Assembly (NCBI GenBank): GCA_963844835.1 | Contig: CAWJPT010000002.1 | Span: forward strand, 58,009 to 122,008 | Direction of reading: 5' to 3' | Length of the DNA stretch: 64,000 bases | DNA from: an uncultured bacterium | GTDB taxonomy: Bacteria > Actinomycetota > Acidimicrobiia > Spongiisociales > UBA5794 | In this document: positions 12,545 to 21,941 of the stretch, one piece after another | Numbering within the stretch: position 1 is the stretch's first letter | Layout of the letters: each line of letters starts with the position of its first letter | Translations under genes and position numbers: made by a program | The notes under the pieces: generated by a model | The model's input: only the letters and a program-made list of their open reading frames with translations | Database searches by the model: none | Told to the model about the DNA's origin: nothing

Positions 12545-12603
12545 CTAGGGGTCTCCCCGGGCGCCCTGAGGCAGCTTCAGGGTAGGTTCAGGGTATTACC
12601 CGA
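12545..12603. promoter_or_regulatory. Repeat cluster in the divergent promoter, candidate response-regulator binding sites
   Basis: TTCAGGGTA at 12576 and 12587, CCCTGA at 12564, GGGGTCTCCCC palindrome. Confidence 0.5.
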
Positions 12604-12627
12604 TATGGCAGCCCGAGACCAGATGCC

Positions 12628-13860
12628 ATGCTTGAGAACATGGAAACAACACAGTCAACACAACAGCAACCACCACAGCCGGCACAACGCCCACGTCTGG
12701 AGCGACTGCGCAGCGATCGTGTGATCGCAGGTGTCGCTTCAGGATTGGCCCGGCATCTCGGAATCGATGCCGCGTGGGTGCGGATAGCCTTCGTAGTGCT
12801 CTCGCTGTTCGGAGGTGCTGGTGTCCTCGCGTACTTGATCGGTTGGATCGCCATACCTGAGGAGGGCGAGCCGGAGTCGATGCTCACCACCAAGACTCGT
12901 TCGAACTCGCATATCGGAAGTTGGGTCGGCATCGGGCTCATTGGTCTCGCCGTCATGATCCTGATCGGCAATACCGGCCTTGTTGATGGCGACATCGTCT
13001 TCGCTGGCGGGCTCATCGTGCTTGGCATCCTGCTCTACCGCGGTGACCTGGGTGAGTTCGGGAAGCGCAAGGACCACAACCAGTCAGACATGACGGACGA
13101 TGAACAGGTGTCCCCGGTGGTGCCCGCGCCGTATGAACAGAAGTCTGTCGAAACCTCCAGCCACCTCCTCGACCAGCCGCCGATAAGTGCTCCTCCGGTC
13201 GAGACGCCGCCGTTGCCTCCTGCCCCCGCCTTTCAGCCCCGGCCACCCCGTCCTCCCCGCCAGTCATCGGCATTGGGCCGACTCGCCTTTGCCAGCCTGC
13301 TCATCGTCGTAGGCGTCATGGGTGTCGGTCAATCCGTGGGATGGTGGAATCCGCTGGCTCGTCACTACGCAGGTGCGGTATTGGTTGTGCTTGGTGCCGC
13401 GCTAGTAGTCGGAGCGTTCTTGGGGCGGGCGCGATGGCTGATCGTTCTCGGTCTCGTCATGAGCCCGTTGCTCTTTGGTGCCGCGCTGTTGGACGTTCCA
13501 ATCGAGGGCAGTATGGGCAACCCGGTCTACCGGCCGGTCGCCGTTGCCGACCTCTCTCCGGAGTATCGGTTGATTGGCGGCGAGATGATCCTCGACCTGA
13601 CGGATCTCGAACTAGCGACCGGTGAGACATACACAGTGGATGCCAGCGTTGCCTTTGGCACCCTGAAGATCATGGTTCCCGATAGCCTTGGTGTCGCCGT
13701 GGATGCCAAGGTAGATGCAGGCCAGATCGCCATCGACGGCGCAAACGTCGAAGAGGGCTTGCATCTCGACAGCAGCAAAGCGTACGAGGGAGTGGGCATG
13801 ATCGACATCGATGCCCACGTCGGCTTTGGGGAACTCGATATTTACGAAGTGGAGAATTGA
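12628..13860 (+). CDS. PspC domain membrane protein with C-terminal LiaF/DUF2154-like domain
   Basis: 'LRSDRVIAGVASGLARHLGID', TM segments, C-terminal 'GEMILDLTDL...FGTLKIMVP'. Confidence 0.85.
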   Translation: MLENMETTQSTQQQPPQPAQRPRLERLRSDRVIAGVASGLARHLGIDAAWVRIAFVVLSLFGGAGVLAYLIGWIAIPEEGEPESMLTTKTRSNSHIGSWVGIGLIGLAVMILIGNTGLVDGDIVFAGGLIVLGILLYRGDLGEFGKRKDHNQSDMTDDEQVSPVVPAPYEQKSVETSSHLLDQPPISAPPVETPPLPPAPAFQPRPPRPPRQSSALGRLAFASLLIVVGVMGVGQSVGWWNPLARHYAGAVLVVLGAALVVGAFLGRARWLIVLGLVMSPLLFGAALLDVPIEGSMGNPVYRPVAVADLSPEYRLIGGEMILDLTDLELATGETYTVDASVAFGTLKIMVPDSLGVAVDAKVDAGQIAIDGANVEEGLHLDSSKAYEGVGMIDIDAHVGFGELDIYEVEN

Positions 13861-13861
13861 C

Positions 13862-14083
13862 ATGAAGAGCCACCCATTCGATGCAGTCTCGTTCTTCTTC
13901 GGCGCTCTGTTCCTCCTCGGCGGCATTCCTCTCGTGGTCTCTGACTCAGGGTTCGACTTCCTCGGATATCGATGGGTCTTCCCTGCGTTTCTGGTGACGA
14001 TCGGCGTGGTGGTGTTGCTGACGTCGCAGCTCACCGAGAAGCACGATCGGGAAGAGATCAACGACGGCGAGCCAATCCGCTAG
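13862..14083 (+). CDS. Small two-TM membrane protein of the PspC operon
   Basis: ATG immediately after the PspC-gene stop; 'MKSHPFDAVSFFFG' followed by two hydrophobic helices. Confidence 0.7.
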   Translation: MKSHPFDAVSFFFGALFLLGGIPLVVSDSGFDFLGYRWVFPAFLVTIGVVVLLTSQLTEKHDREEINDGEPIR

Positions 14084-14121
14084 ATACCCGAGGCGAGGAG
14101 CGGTTCCGCCATCGGGATCGT

Positions 14122-14721
14122 CTACTCGAGAGGCTCGGTCCCTCTGAATCGGGCCAGATACTCCCGGCCACGCGGTGAGATTCGGTAGCCGACTCGCAGG
14201 CTCAGGGTGAGTCCGAGGTTCTTGAGCTTGCGGATATCGGTCTTGAACGGCTGAGTCTCACGACCGCACATCGCGGCGAGGTCGGGGGCTCGTCTCTCCG
14301 GATTGCTCTCGATCACCTCGAGATAGGCACGAGTCCAGGGCCCGTGGGAGCTGGCCCGATCGAGTCTGGCGAGCCGCCGGGTGATCTCGGCGATGTCGTC
14401 ATCGGTGAGATCTGTGTCGTTCGCCAGCACATCCCTCGGGTCCGGCTCGTTGAGGTAGCGGAACACGATTCGATACACCGGTTGATCGGGCTCACCGCGC
14501 AAGTCCGCGACCAGGCTGGCCGTGCTGGGATAGCCTGCGGCGACAGCGTCCGAATCGTCGATCTCGGTGACATCGACGACGTCGACGGCGGAAACTTGGA
14601 GGCGACCTGCCGGCGAGCGGTACACGCGTCCCGCAACGGCCTGCGGGCGTTTCCAGCGGCGAAACGTCATTGTGACGAGTCCCGTCTGGATCGGCTCCCA
14701 GAATCGTTTCTCGAACAGCAC
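14122..14721 (-). CDS. ASCH-like domain protein with C-terminal wHTH (conserved hypothetical)
   Basis: 'GLVTMTFRRWKRPQAVAG', 'FKTDIRKLKNLGLTLSLRVGYRISPRG'. Confidence 0.7.
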   Translation of the reverse strand: MLFEKRFWEPIQTGLVTMTFRRWKRPQAVAGRVYRSPAGRLQVSAVDVVDVTEIDDSDAVAAGYPSTASLVADLRGEPDQPVYRIVFRYLNEPDPRDVLANDTDLTDDDIAEITRRLARLDRASSHGPWTRAYLEVIESNPERRAPDLAAMCGRETQPFKTDIRKLKNLGLTLSLRVGYRISPRGREYLARFRGTEPLE

Positions 14722-14750
14722 GCCGGCATTGTGGCAGGCCGGGGATCCGA

Positions 14751-15434
14751 TCAGACGCGCGTGACTGTGAGACCGCCCTGTTCCTGGCGTGCCTCCATGG
14801 CGAAGTCGAAGCGGTCGCCAACGGTGCACAGCGCGATGTCGTCAGGATGGGCGAACCATGCGGCGCGGAGCGCGGCGGCACGATCGTGGTCTGCAACACG
14901 CTCGGATGCCGCGGCCACATCGGCATGTCCGGAAAGGAGCAGCTCGGTGATCACGTCTGCGCAGATATCGTCCTCGGCGGCCGGCTCGATGCCTCCGATG
15001 CCTGATGCGACCACCGTGACCTCGGCTGAGTCCGCCAGGGAGCGTGCCGTGGCAGATGCAACGACGAGGCTGGCGACGTAGAGCGGGCCGGCGCCGTTGG
15101 CGAAGGCGATCCTGGCACAGCGAGTGCCCGATGTGCTTCTGTGGACGACCGTCTTGCCTGCCAGGGCTTCCCGGTCGGCCATGATCTCGCCCGGCGAATT
15201 GCCGAGTGCGAACTCGTCAGGCCGGATGCCATCCACTTCGCCCATCAGCACCGCGTTGGGTATCGACCGGGCGAGGGTCGTGGCCTCATCGACTGTCTCG
15301 GCCAGAACGAGTTGTTTCGCACCGGCATCCAACGCGTACGCGGCAGCGGAGAACGCCCGGAACACGTCGATGATCACGGTAGGACCTGTGGCCGCAGCCG
15401 CCCCTGCCATGCCTCGCCGTCTCGTCACGATCAT
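14751..15434 (-). CDS. 2-phosphosulfolactate phosphatase (ComB family)
   Basis: 'VIIDVFRAFS', 'GNSP', 'STSGT', 'EDDICA'. Confidence 0.85.
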   Translation of the reverse strand: MIVTRRRGMAGAAAATGPTVIIDVFRAFSAAAYALDAGAKQLVLAETVDEATTLARSIPNAVLMGEVDGIRPDEFALGNSPGEIMADREALAGKTVVHRSTSGTRCARIAFANGAGPLYVASLVVASATARSLADSAEVTVVASGIGGIEPAAEDDICADVITELLLSGHADVAAASERVADHDRAAALRAAWFAHPDDIALCTVGDRFDFAMEARQEQGGLTVTRV

Positions 15435-15496
15435 GTCCTGAGTATTGTGCGACGAGCCAGGGAACAAAAGCCAGGACCCCCGTGGTTAACACGAAC

Positions 15497-15898
15497 ATGA
15501 CTGATATTGCATCCCTCCTGCATCGAGATGACACCACGGTTGCCATAGTTGGGGCCACCGACAATCCCGGCAAGTACGGCTATGTGATCTACCGGGATCT
15601 CAAGCACAAAGGGTTCGAGGTATATGCCGTGAATCCGGGTAGAGAGACTGTTGACGGTGATCCTGCGTATCGCAGCCTGAGCGATCTCCCGGTGAAGCCG
15701 ACGATCGTGGACATCGTGGTGCCGCCCAAGACGACGCTTGGCGTGCTCGAGAAGGCCAAGGAGTTGGGCTACACGAACGTGTGGGTGCAGCCCGGTGCGG
15801 AGAGCCCTGAGGTGATGTCCTATCTCACCGAGAATGACTTCAACTACCTGGCCAACGCCTGCATCATGGTTCAAAGCCGGGACCGCGCCGCGCGATGA
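15497..15898 (+). CDS. CoA-binding protein (YccU-like)
   Basis: 'VAIVGATDNPGKYG', 'VWVQPGAES', 'ACIMV'. Confidence 0.88.
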   Translation: MTDIASLLHRDDTTVAIVGATDNPGKYGYVIYRDLKHKGFEVYAVNPGRETVDGDPAYRSLSDLPVKPTIVDIVVPPKTTLGVLEKAKELGYTNVWVQPGAESPEVMSYLTENDFNYLANACIMVQSRDRAAR

Positions 15899-16641
15899 CC
15901 GGCCCGGTCGGTCTGGCAACGACGCTGTGGGGGGAAGGTCCAAATCGCGCTTTGCTCTTGCACGGACTTACTTCCGCGGGCACCACCTGGTGGCGGGTTG
16001 GGCCTGCGCTGGCGTCGCTCGGCTACACGGTTGTCGCCCCAGACCTGCGCGGCCACGGCAAGAGCCCGGCGGGTGACGATCTCTCCATCGAGTCCTACCG
16101 GGACGACGTTCTGCTCATGGGCAGCGGTTGGGACCTGCTGCTGGGGCATTCGTTGGGCGGCGCCATCGCGGCATCCCTCATCGAGGCGGACGCTGGTTTC
16201 GCCAGGCGTGTCGTGTACGAGGATCCCGCCGCAGATTGGGAGCTTGCCTCCGAGTTCATCGCTGATTCGCCACAGCGAGTCGGCAAGGCGACGATTGCGG
16301 GCGTTGCCGCCGAGCATCCCGATTGGAGCCGCGACGACGTGAAGTACAAGGTCGAAGCTCTGAACTCGTGTCGACACGACGTGGAGGCGAAGACCGTGTC
16401 CGATGTAGTGCCGCGCGACTTCTGGTCCGGAATGGTGGCGGCGGATTTGCCCAGTCTCGTCATTGCCGCAGATCCCGAAGTTGTCTCCCTCGTCTCGGCC
16501 GATCAGGAGGCTGAGGCCGTGGGCACTTCATTGCGCGTAGTTCGCGTCCGAGGTGCGGGGCATTCGATACACAGGGATGCTCCGGACAGGTTCATGGAGT
16601 TGCTCAGCGAGTTCCTGACGGCGCCGCTGCCGGTGCGGTAG
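15895..16641 (+). CDS. Alpha/beta hydrolase
   Basis: 'LLHG', 'PDLRGHGKS', 'GHSLGG', C-terminal 'GHSIH'. Confidence 0.88.
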   Translation: MTGPVGLATTLWGEGPNRALLLHGLTSAGTTWWRVGPALASLGYTVVAPDLRGHGKSPAGDDLSIESYRDDVLLMGSGWDLLLGHSLGGAIAASLIEADAGFARRVVYEDPAADWELASEFIADSPQRVGKATIAGVAAEHPDWSRDDVKYKVEALNSCRHDVEAKTVSDVVPRDFWSGMVAADLPSLVIAADPEVVSLVSADQEAEAVGTSLRVVRVRGAGHSIHRDAPDRFMELLSEFLTAPLPVR

Positions 16642-16886
16642 GCACGCTGAGCTGAAGAATCGTCAATCCGCCTTCTCTTCGGGCGGTGAGATCCCCGCCC
16701 ATTCGTCGTGCCAATTCCCGCGACACGGTTAGGCCGAGACCGACCGATCCTGTCGTGGTATCGGTGTGGCGGGAACAGGACCTCGTGGCGGATGACCTCG
16801 ACACCGACCTTCACGAGAATGACTGCCGGGATCGTGGTCATCATCAAGATGAGGACGATTCTGTGTGCGCGGTCGATGACCGTCAT
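16604..16886 (-). pseudogene. Histidine kinase remnant (TM start joined to HATPase C-terminus)
   Basis: 'GSVGLGLTVSRELARRMGGDLTA' G2-box segment in ORF 16604-16804; short hydrophobic N-terminus in ORF 16503-16886. Confidence 0.5.
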
Positions 16887-16931
16887 GTCAGCCGTCTTGG
16901 TTGCTTGAAGAAACCTAAGTGTCGACCCTCG

Positions 16932-18386
16932 TCAGCTCGTTATTAGTTGATCTACCGGCGCAAAGTCATCGGTCAACACGACGGCGTTGCCGATGAATTC
17001 ATCGAGACGTGGTCCTCCGAGCACCTCGGCATCGCTTCCCCGCGCGACGAGTGCCTCTTCGATTGAGGAAGCGTGGATCGGGGCATCGGAGGCAACCAGG
17101 ACGTAGTTGCCGCCAGTCTCGCCGGCGAGGTAGTCCGGTGGTGCGATCACGGCGACATGGTTGAAAACGGTTGCGAGAGTGGCGGTCTCTGCCCTGGCGA
17201 AGCCGAGCGGGGGATAGTCGATGAGGTTGAGGAGATAGAAACCGTCGGGCCGGAGACGTTCTGCGAGCTCTTCGACGAACTCGCGGGTCGTGAGGTGCCA
17301 GGGCACGGCCGGCCCACCGAAGGCATCGCCGATGACGACGTCATATGCAGCGGAAGGCGTTTCGCCGAGCGTCATCCTGGCGTCTCCGATACGGATATCG
17401 AGGGTGGCAGGGTCGAGTCCGAGCTCATCCTCGGCAACGTCAACGACGGCAGGGTCGAGCTCGAGCACCGTGTTGGTGCCACCGGGATGGGTGGTGGCGA
17501 CGTAGCGGGGGAAGGTGAAGCCACCGCCACCTACGGACAGCGAATCGACCGGTCCAGCGGGGAGCTGCGAGTCGAGGACCGCTCCGAAGATCTTTGCGTA
17601 GCGAAAGTCGAGGTACTTCGGGTCCTCCAGGTCGACATATGAATGGCGCAGGTTGTCCAGCCTGAGCACCCTTCCCGACGGGCGCGACGGATCAACATCC
17701 ACGTTGAGGCAGTAGTAGGCAGTCTCGTGCTCGCAGGTGGCCGGGGTGGCCGCGGCCACTGTTGTTGAGAGCGCTGCGATCGCCAGCACCGTGAGCAAGG
17801 CGTTTCGGGAGAAGACGTTGGCCCGCAGCGCGGTGGCGAGGCCGACGATGATGGTGATCAGCCCGAGGATGATGGTGATGGAACGGCTCGGCCATGCGGC
17901 AACGAGAACAAAGCCGGCGAAAAAGGTCCCGAAGATTGCCCCCGTGGTGCCGAGAGCGGAGAGTCTGCCGACGACTGTTCCCGTCTCGTCGAGAGTATGT
18001 AGTTGGAGTTTGGTGACCGTGGGCGTCACTGCGGAGAGGACGGCCGCGGGGGCGAAGAAGCTCACGGCGGCGAGGAACACGATCTCGACGGGAGTCGACG
18101 TCACCGATGGTCCGACGAGGCGAATTGCCGGGTAGGTGAACAAGGCAAGCAAGCCGCCCCCGATCAGGACGATTGGGAGCACGCGGCGCGGCGGATAGCG
18201 GTCGGCGAGCCTGCCACCCATCCAGGAGCCAACCGCGATACCGGCGAGGATCGTGCCGATGATGCCGGTCCACGTCTCCAGCGTGTCACCGACGAATGGC
18301 GCCATCATGCGACCCGCCAGGATTTCTAGGACGAGTACCGCAGCGGATGCATAGAACACGAGGGCACGGGCGGCGAGGGTCGACAT
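16932..18386 (-). CDS. Fused membrane domain/spermidine synthase-like methyltransferase
   Basis: Multi-TM N-terminus 'LEILAGRMMAPFVG'; 'VGGGGFTFPRY', 'ELDPAVV', 'GDAF'. Confidence 0.88.
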   Translation of the reverse strand: MSTLAARALVFYASAAVLVLEILAGRMMAPFVGDTLETWTGIIGTILAGIAVGSWMGGRLADRYPPRRVLPIVLIGGGLLALFTYPAIRLVGPSVTSTPVEIVFLAAVSFFAPAAVLSAVTPTVTKLQLHTLDETGTVVGRLSALGTTGAIFGTFFAGFVLVAAWPSRSITIILGLITIIVGLATALRANVFSRNALLTVLAIAALSTTVAAATPATCEHETAYYCLNVDVDPSRPSGRVLRLDNLRHSYVDLEDPKYLDFRYAKIFGAVLDSQLPAGPVDSLSVGGGGFTFPRYVATTHPGGTNTVLELDPAVVDVAEDELGLDPATLDIRIGDARMTLGETPSAAYDVVIGDAFGGPAVPWHLTTREFVEELAERLRPDGFYLLNLIDYPPLGFARAETATLATVFNHVAVIAPPDYLAGETGGNYVLVASDAPIHASSIEEALVARGSDAEVLGGPRLDEFIGNAVVLTDDFAPVDQLITS

Positions 18387-18468
18387 TGGGGCAGGAGTAT
18401 CGCATACATCCCGGCTCCAGTTGCCTTGTGGTTTGGTCGAGAGATTCAATTAGAGTTGCGAACTCTGC

Positions 18469-18542
18469 GGGCGTTTAGCTCAGTTGGCTAGAGCGCCTCC
18501 CTTACAAGGAGGAGGTCACTGGTTCGAGTCCGGTAACGCCCA
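18469..18542 (+). tRNA. tRNA-Val(TAC)
   Basis: Full cloverleaf: acceptor GGGCGTT/AACGCCC, anticodon arm CCTCC-CTTACAA-GGAGG, T-loop TTCGAGT; CCA not encoded. Confidence 0.97.
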
Positions 18543-18544
18543 CG
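18497..18544 (+). repeat. att core, copy within tRNA-Val
   Basis: CTCCCTTACAAGGAGGAGGTCACTGGTTCGAGTCCGGTAACGCCCACG. Confidence 0.92.
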
Positions 18545-18659
18545 ATGAGGAACCCTAGCAATAGGGGGTTTTCTCAATGGTGGCGGGGGATTCGGCGTTG
18601 CTGGGTATTGCTCGACCGGTAGTCCACGATATCGGTAGATATGTCTCAAGTATGCCTGG

Positions 18660-18682
18660 CCCACGGACACTTTGCGGACACC
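18660..18682 (+). repeat. 23-bp direct repeat copy 1, candidate integrase arm site
   Basis: CCCACGGACACTTTGCGGACACC, identical to 25833-25855. Confidence 0.8.
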
Positions 18683-18712
18683 TCGGTGGTATCGGCTATC
18701 GTTGCGAGGACT

Positions 18713-19480
18713 ATGGGTTTTGGAGTTGCCGTCGCGGTTCCTGATGGAGTTGCCGTCGCCGCCGACGAGTCGCGTTTCGGCGTCGGTGAGCGGAGGGCCG
18801 CCCGCGATTATGTCGGATACGCAGCAGAAGATCATCCAGGTATCCAACTATGTTCGCGGTAATCACGATTGAACAGTATCTGTTCAGTCCAGGAGTACAG
18901 GTCAACACACGAGCAATCATCGAGCGTCTGCAGCCTGACATACAGCGAGAGTCGTATCTAGAGGATGTCATCAGTGAGATTCTGGCCGTTTTCGGTCGGC
19001 GGCCGATCTGACCGAAGAGGAGTCTGCAGCTCTCACTCTGCGGGTCGTTGGTTACAGTCAGAGGGACCGGGCTGTGAAAGTGCTCTTGATCGAGGGTCTA
19101 GGTGAGCCGAGACCAATGCACTCAACCGCGATGCGCGGCATCGACTGGTTCGGATACACGAGCATCGCTACGAGAGGGCTTCTCAAGGGGCTTGACGAGT
19201 CACTCGACGCGGATGAGCGAGGACTCGGAGCGGAGTTCATTATCTCGACGCCGCTCATGAGTCTGAATGACGCTCTAGACCTTGCGGAGACCTTTGTCCA
19301 GACAACCGCCACATTCGCGAAGTATGTTCGGGGCATCCAGTTGGCGCACGCAGAGACCGCCGAGCCGGTCGTCGAGTCACTAGCGCTGGTCGTTGGAGGT
19401 GAGGTGCAATCTGCCGTGGTTCGCCCCGGTGGCTTCGAGTGGGTCAAGCGACGCGCTGGGCCGTCAGCCTCTCGGAGACT
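18713..19480 (+). CDS. Proteasome-subunit-like Ntn-hydrolase family protein, frameshifted
   Basis: N-terminus 'MGFGVAVAVPDGVAVAAD(E)SR..SDTQQKII'; C-terminus 'SLNDALDLAETFVQTT...VGGEVQSAVVRPGGFEWVKR'. Confidence 0.55.
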
Positions 19481-19882
19481 AGCTAGCAGCAGCTGCCGTT
19501 GGGGTGGGTGGAGCCGCAATGTGGTGACGGTCAAGAGCGTCTCGTTGGTTTGTTGTCCCACGTTCATCCCACTGATCAGTCACGATCGATCTGGCCCGGA
19601 GGACGTTGTGGCGCGGAGCGCCCAGGCGCCAAGCGCGAGTCCTATGTCGGGTTCTGCCCATGCCGCGCTCGACGCTTCAGACAGGATCCGGCGCGCTTCG
19701 GCAGACTCAGGACGGTCATCGCCCTCGATTCACGATCGGTAGAGAGCGTCCGTCAGAGACTCGAGCGATTTCGTCTTGTCTAGGTACGCAGTTACAAGTG
19801 CGAGGGAGTTCATTGGCATATGCTCCTTCATAGGTACGATTGTATCGCATACTTGAGCGTCGACGCGGCGGATATATAACCA

Positions 19883-20215
19883 ATGGCGAAAGATGTTCCG
19901 CCCATAAGAGCTGTTGACGAATGGGACCTTCGACATCTCTACCGGAAAGAGTGTCTTGCCGAGCGCTTGGCGAGCGGCGGGTTCTACGCCTCGTTGTAGC
20001 AAGCGGTTTGGCGTCGCCGACTTCTAACCAGCCACCGGGTACGACGAGTGAGCTCGTTGCCTATTTTGACCGGTCTCAGGTCGTTGCTGAGGTCCATCAG
20101 TTTGTCCACGCGGACGGCACCATTGGCGGATCTGGCCGTCCAAGTCCCCAAGATGGTGGTGTCCGGTGGTGTCATGTATGTCTTGCGCCCCCCTTGGGGT
20201 CGGACCGCGACCTGA
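19883..20215 (+). CDS. Hypothetical cargo protein, frameshifted
   Basis: Reconstructed 'MAKDVPPIRAVDEWDLR...VAEVHQFVHADGTIGGSGRPSPKMVV'. Confidence 0.45.
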
Positions 20216-20511
20216 GAGGAGAGACGAGCAGAAATCCTTCGGGGAGAAAAAACGCGCCCACAACCCACGCTTGTGCGGTCCCCTGCGAGGGGGGGTCCCC
20301 CCCACCCCTGTTTGCTCTCAGGTCGCATGTAGAGGGCCGTAAACGGTTGCTGGTGTGGTTGCTGTAGGCCGTTTAGCGCTTGTGTGTGCGTGACTGTGGG
20401 GCCGTGGGGGCCTGGCCTGGGGTCTGGGGTGCTGCTGTTTCAACATTCGATACTGCTGTGCCTGTAGCGTCGTGCATCTGGCCCCATTCGTCGAATAGGA
20501 TCGTGCGGCCT

Positions 20512-20880
20512 TTATGCGTCGCACATGGCAGCCGGTACCATCCGCTGCCGTCGCTGTAGGCTTCTCTGCGTTTCGCGCCTTCCACTGGTACGCATCGGGG
20601 CATGTCCGGCTCTGATGCTGCGGAGCGACGGTCGCCTTTTTGTTGGTTGCATCGAAGATGCGACCCAGGCGCAGTTCTCATCGGTGTCGGGTCCGCCCAT
20701 CGCAACCGGGATGACATGATCTATCGACCATGACCCGGGGTGCGGGAATCTCAATGAGGGGTCGATTTCTTGGCCGCAGAGGTGGCAGATCGTCGGATCG
20801 CCGATCTCGCGGAGTTGACGCCGTTTGATCCGGGCCGATCGTTGCCGCGTGTACTCGCCGCTTGGCCGTCTAGTCCCCAT
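20512..20880 (-). CDS. HNH endonuclease, frameshifted near the C-terminus
   Basis: 'CHLCGQEID...SIDHVIPVAMGGPDTDENC' continuing in another frame as 'HLRCNQQKGDR'. Confidence 0.8.
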   Translation of the reverse strand: MGTRRPSGEYTRQRSARIKRRQLREIGDPTICHLCGQEIDPSLRFPHPGSWSIDHVIPVAMGGPDTDENCAWVASSMQPTKRRPSLRSIRAGHAPMRTSGRRETQRSLQRRQRMVPAAMCDA

Positions 20881-20883
20881 TGT

Positions 20884-21219
20884 TCACCGGGGGTCGATCT
20901 CAAAGCATGGTCCGGGTCGGTAGCCACGCTGTGGCCGGTACAGACGGTGCTTCTTGGTGAGCTTGAGGATCTCGGCCAATGATGCGAGCCTGTAGTTGTC
21001 TCGGAATGGTGCGATGGCGAGGATGTCTCCCACCCTGCCGTCTCGAACCTTGAGGTCGGCGACGAGTTGCGGATCGATCCAGACATGCGACGCCGCCGGG
21101 CCGGGTCGGGTGTGAACTCCTGCTTCGAGGTCGGTCGGGTCGCGGCTTGCTGACTGCCATCCGGTAGACCCGCATCCAGCCTGCCGGCGAAGATCCTCGA
21201 GTTGCTGGTCTGAGGTCAC
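20884..21219 (-). CDS. Hypothetical protein of the element
   Basis: 111-aa ORF co-oriented with and directly upstream of the HNH gene. Confidence 0.4.
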   Translation of the reverse strand: MTSDQQLEDLRRQAGCGSTGWQSASRDPTDLEAGVHTRPGPAASHVWIDPQLVADLKVRDGRVGDILAIAPFRDNYRLASLAEILKLTKKHRLYRPQRGYRPGPCFEIDPR

Positions 21220-21439
21220 GTGAGGATTGCCACGCTTTCAGAGTGTGTTGGCGTTGCCGGTGGCGATGATCTTGCTGGCGTCGAATTGGGGATAGTAGTC
21301 GGCCAATGTCTCGGCTGGCTTCTCGGCTGCTTCGAGGATCTCGGCCACCGCGTCCCTGATCGGGCCCTCGATCAGTCACATCGCAGTTTTCGGTGAGCCA
21401 TTCAGTGATTCGCCGGCGCAAACGATGTCGGCCGCTTGA

Positions 21440-21872
21440 TTTAAGCGGCGCCGGATCTGTGGCTGTCGGCGTGCACCTTGGCTTCGGCCACCTCCCGGCG
21501 AGCTTCCTGCAGGGTGCGTCCGGACATCACCAGATCGGCCGGTTCCGGGATGCGCACTGTCTGCCCGCTTCATCTTGCCGATCTCGGCTTGCCGATCGAG
21601 CAGGTTGGCCAAGGTCGTCGGGAATGTCGATCTGCTTGAGCATTGCCGGCAATGACGGCGGTCGATTTTGCGTCTCAACTTGTCGACCCCCAGGATGTTG
21701 TCAACGATGCGCTTGGGTTTGTGCGTGTTCGGCCTCGGCGGTGGCGAAAATGTCGGCCAGCTCGGTGGCCTCCGTTCATCGGTTTCGGCCATCACCACCA
21801 AGGCCCTGGCGTCGGACAGCGAGATCCCGCCTCCTTTGCGATTTTGGCTGCCTCCTTCGAGTCAATCGCCAT
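21440..21872 (-). CDS. Hypothetical helical protein, frameshifted; 3' end approximate
   Basis: RBS-like sequence (AAAGGAAA) then 'MAIDSKEAAKIAKEAG...ARALVVMAETDE...RIVDNILGVDKLRRKID'. Confidence 0.35.
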
Positions 21873-21941
21873 TCGAGTTTCCTTTCGAGGAGGGGAACCC
21901 GAGGGAATGCACACTCCCCCTGGGGTCCCAGCCATGGCTGC

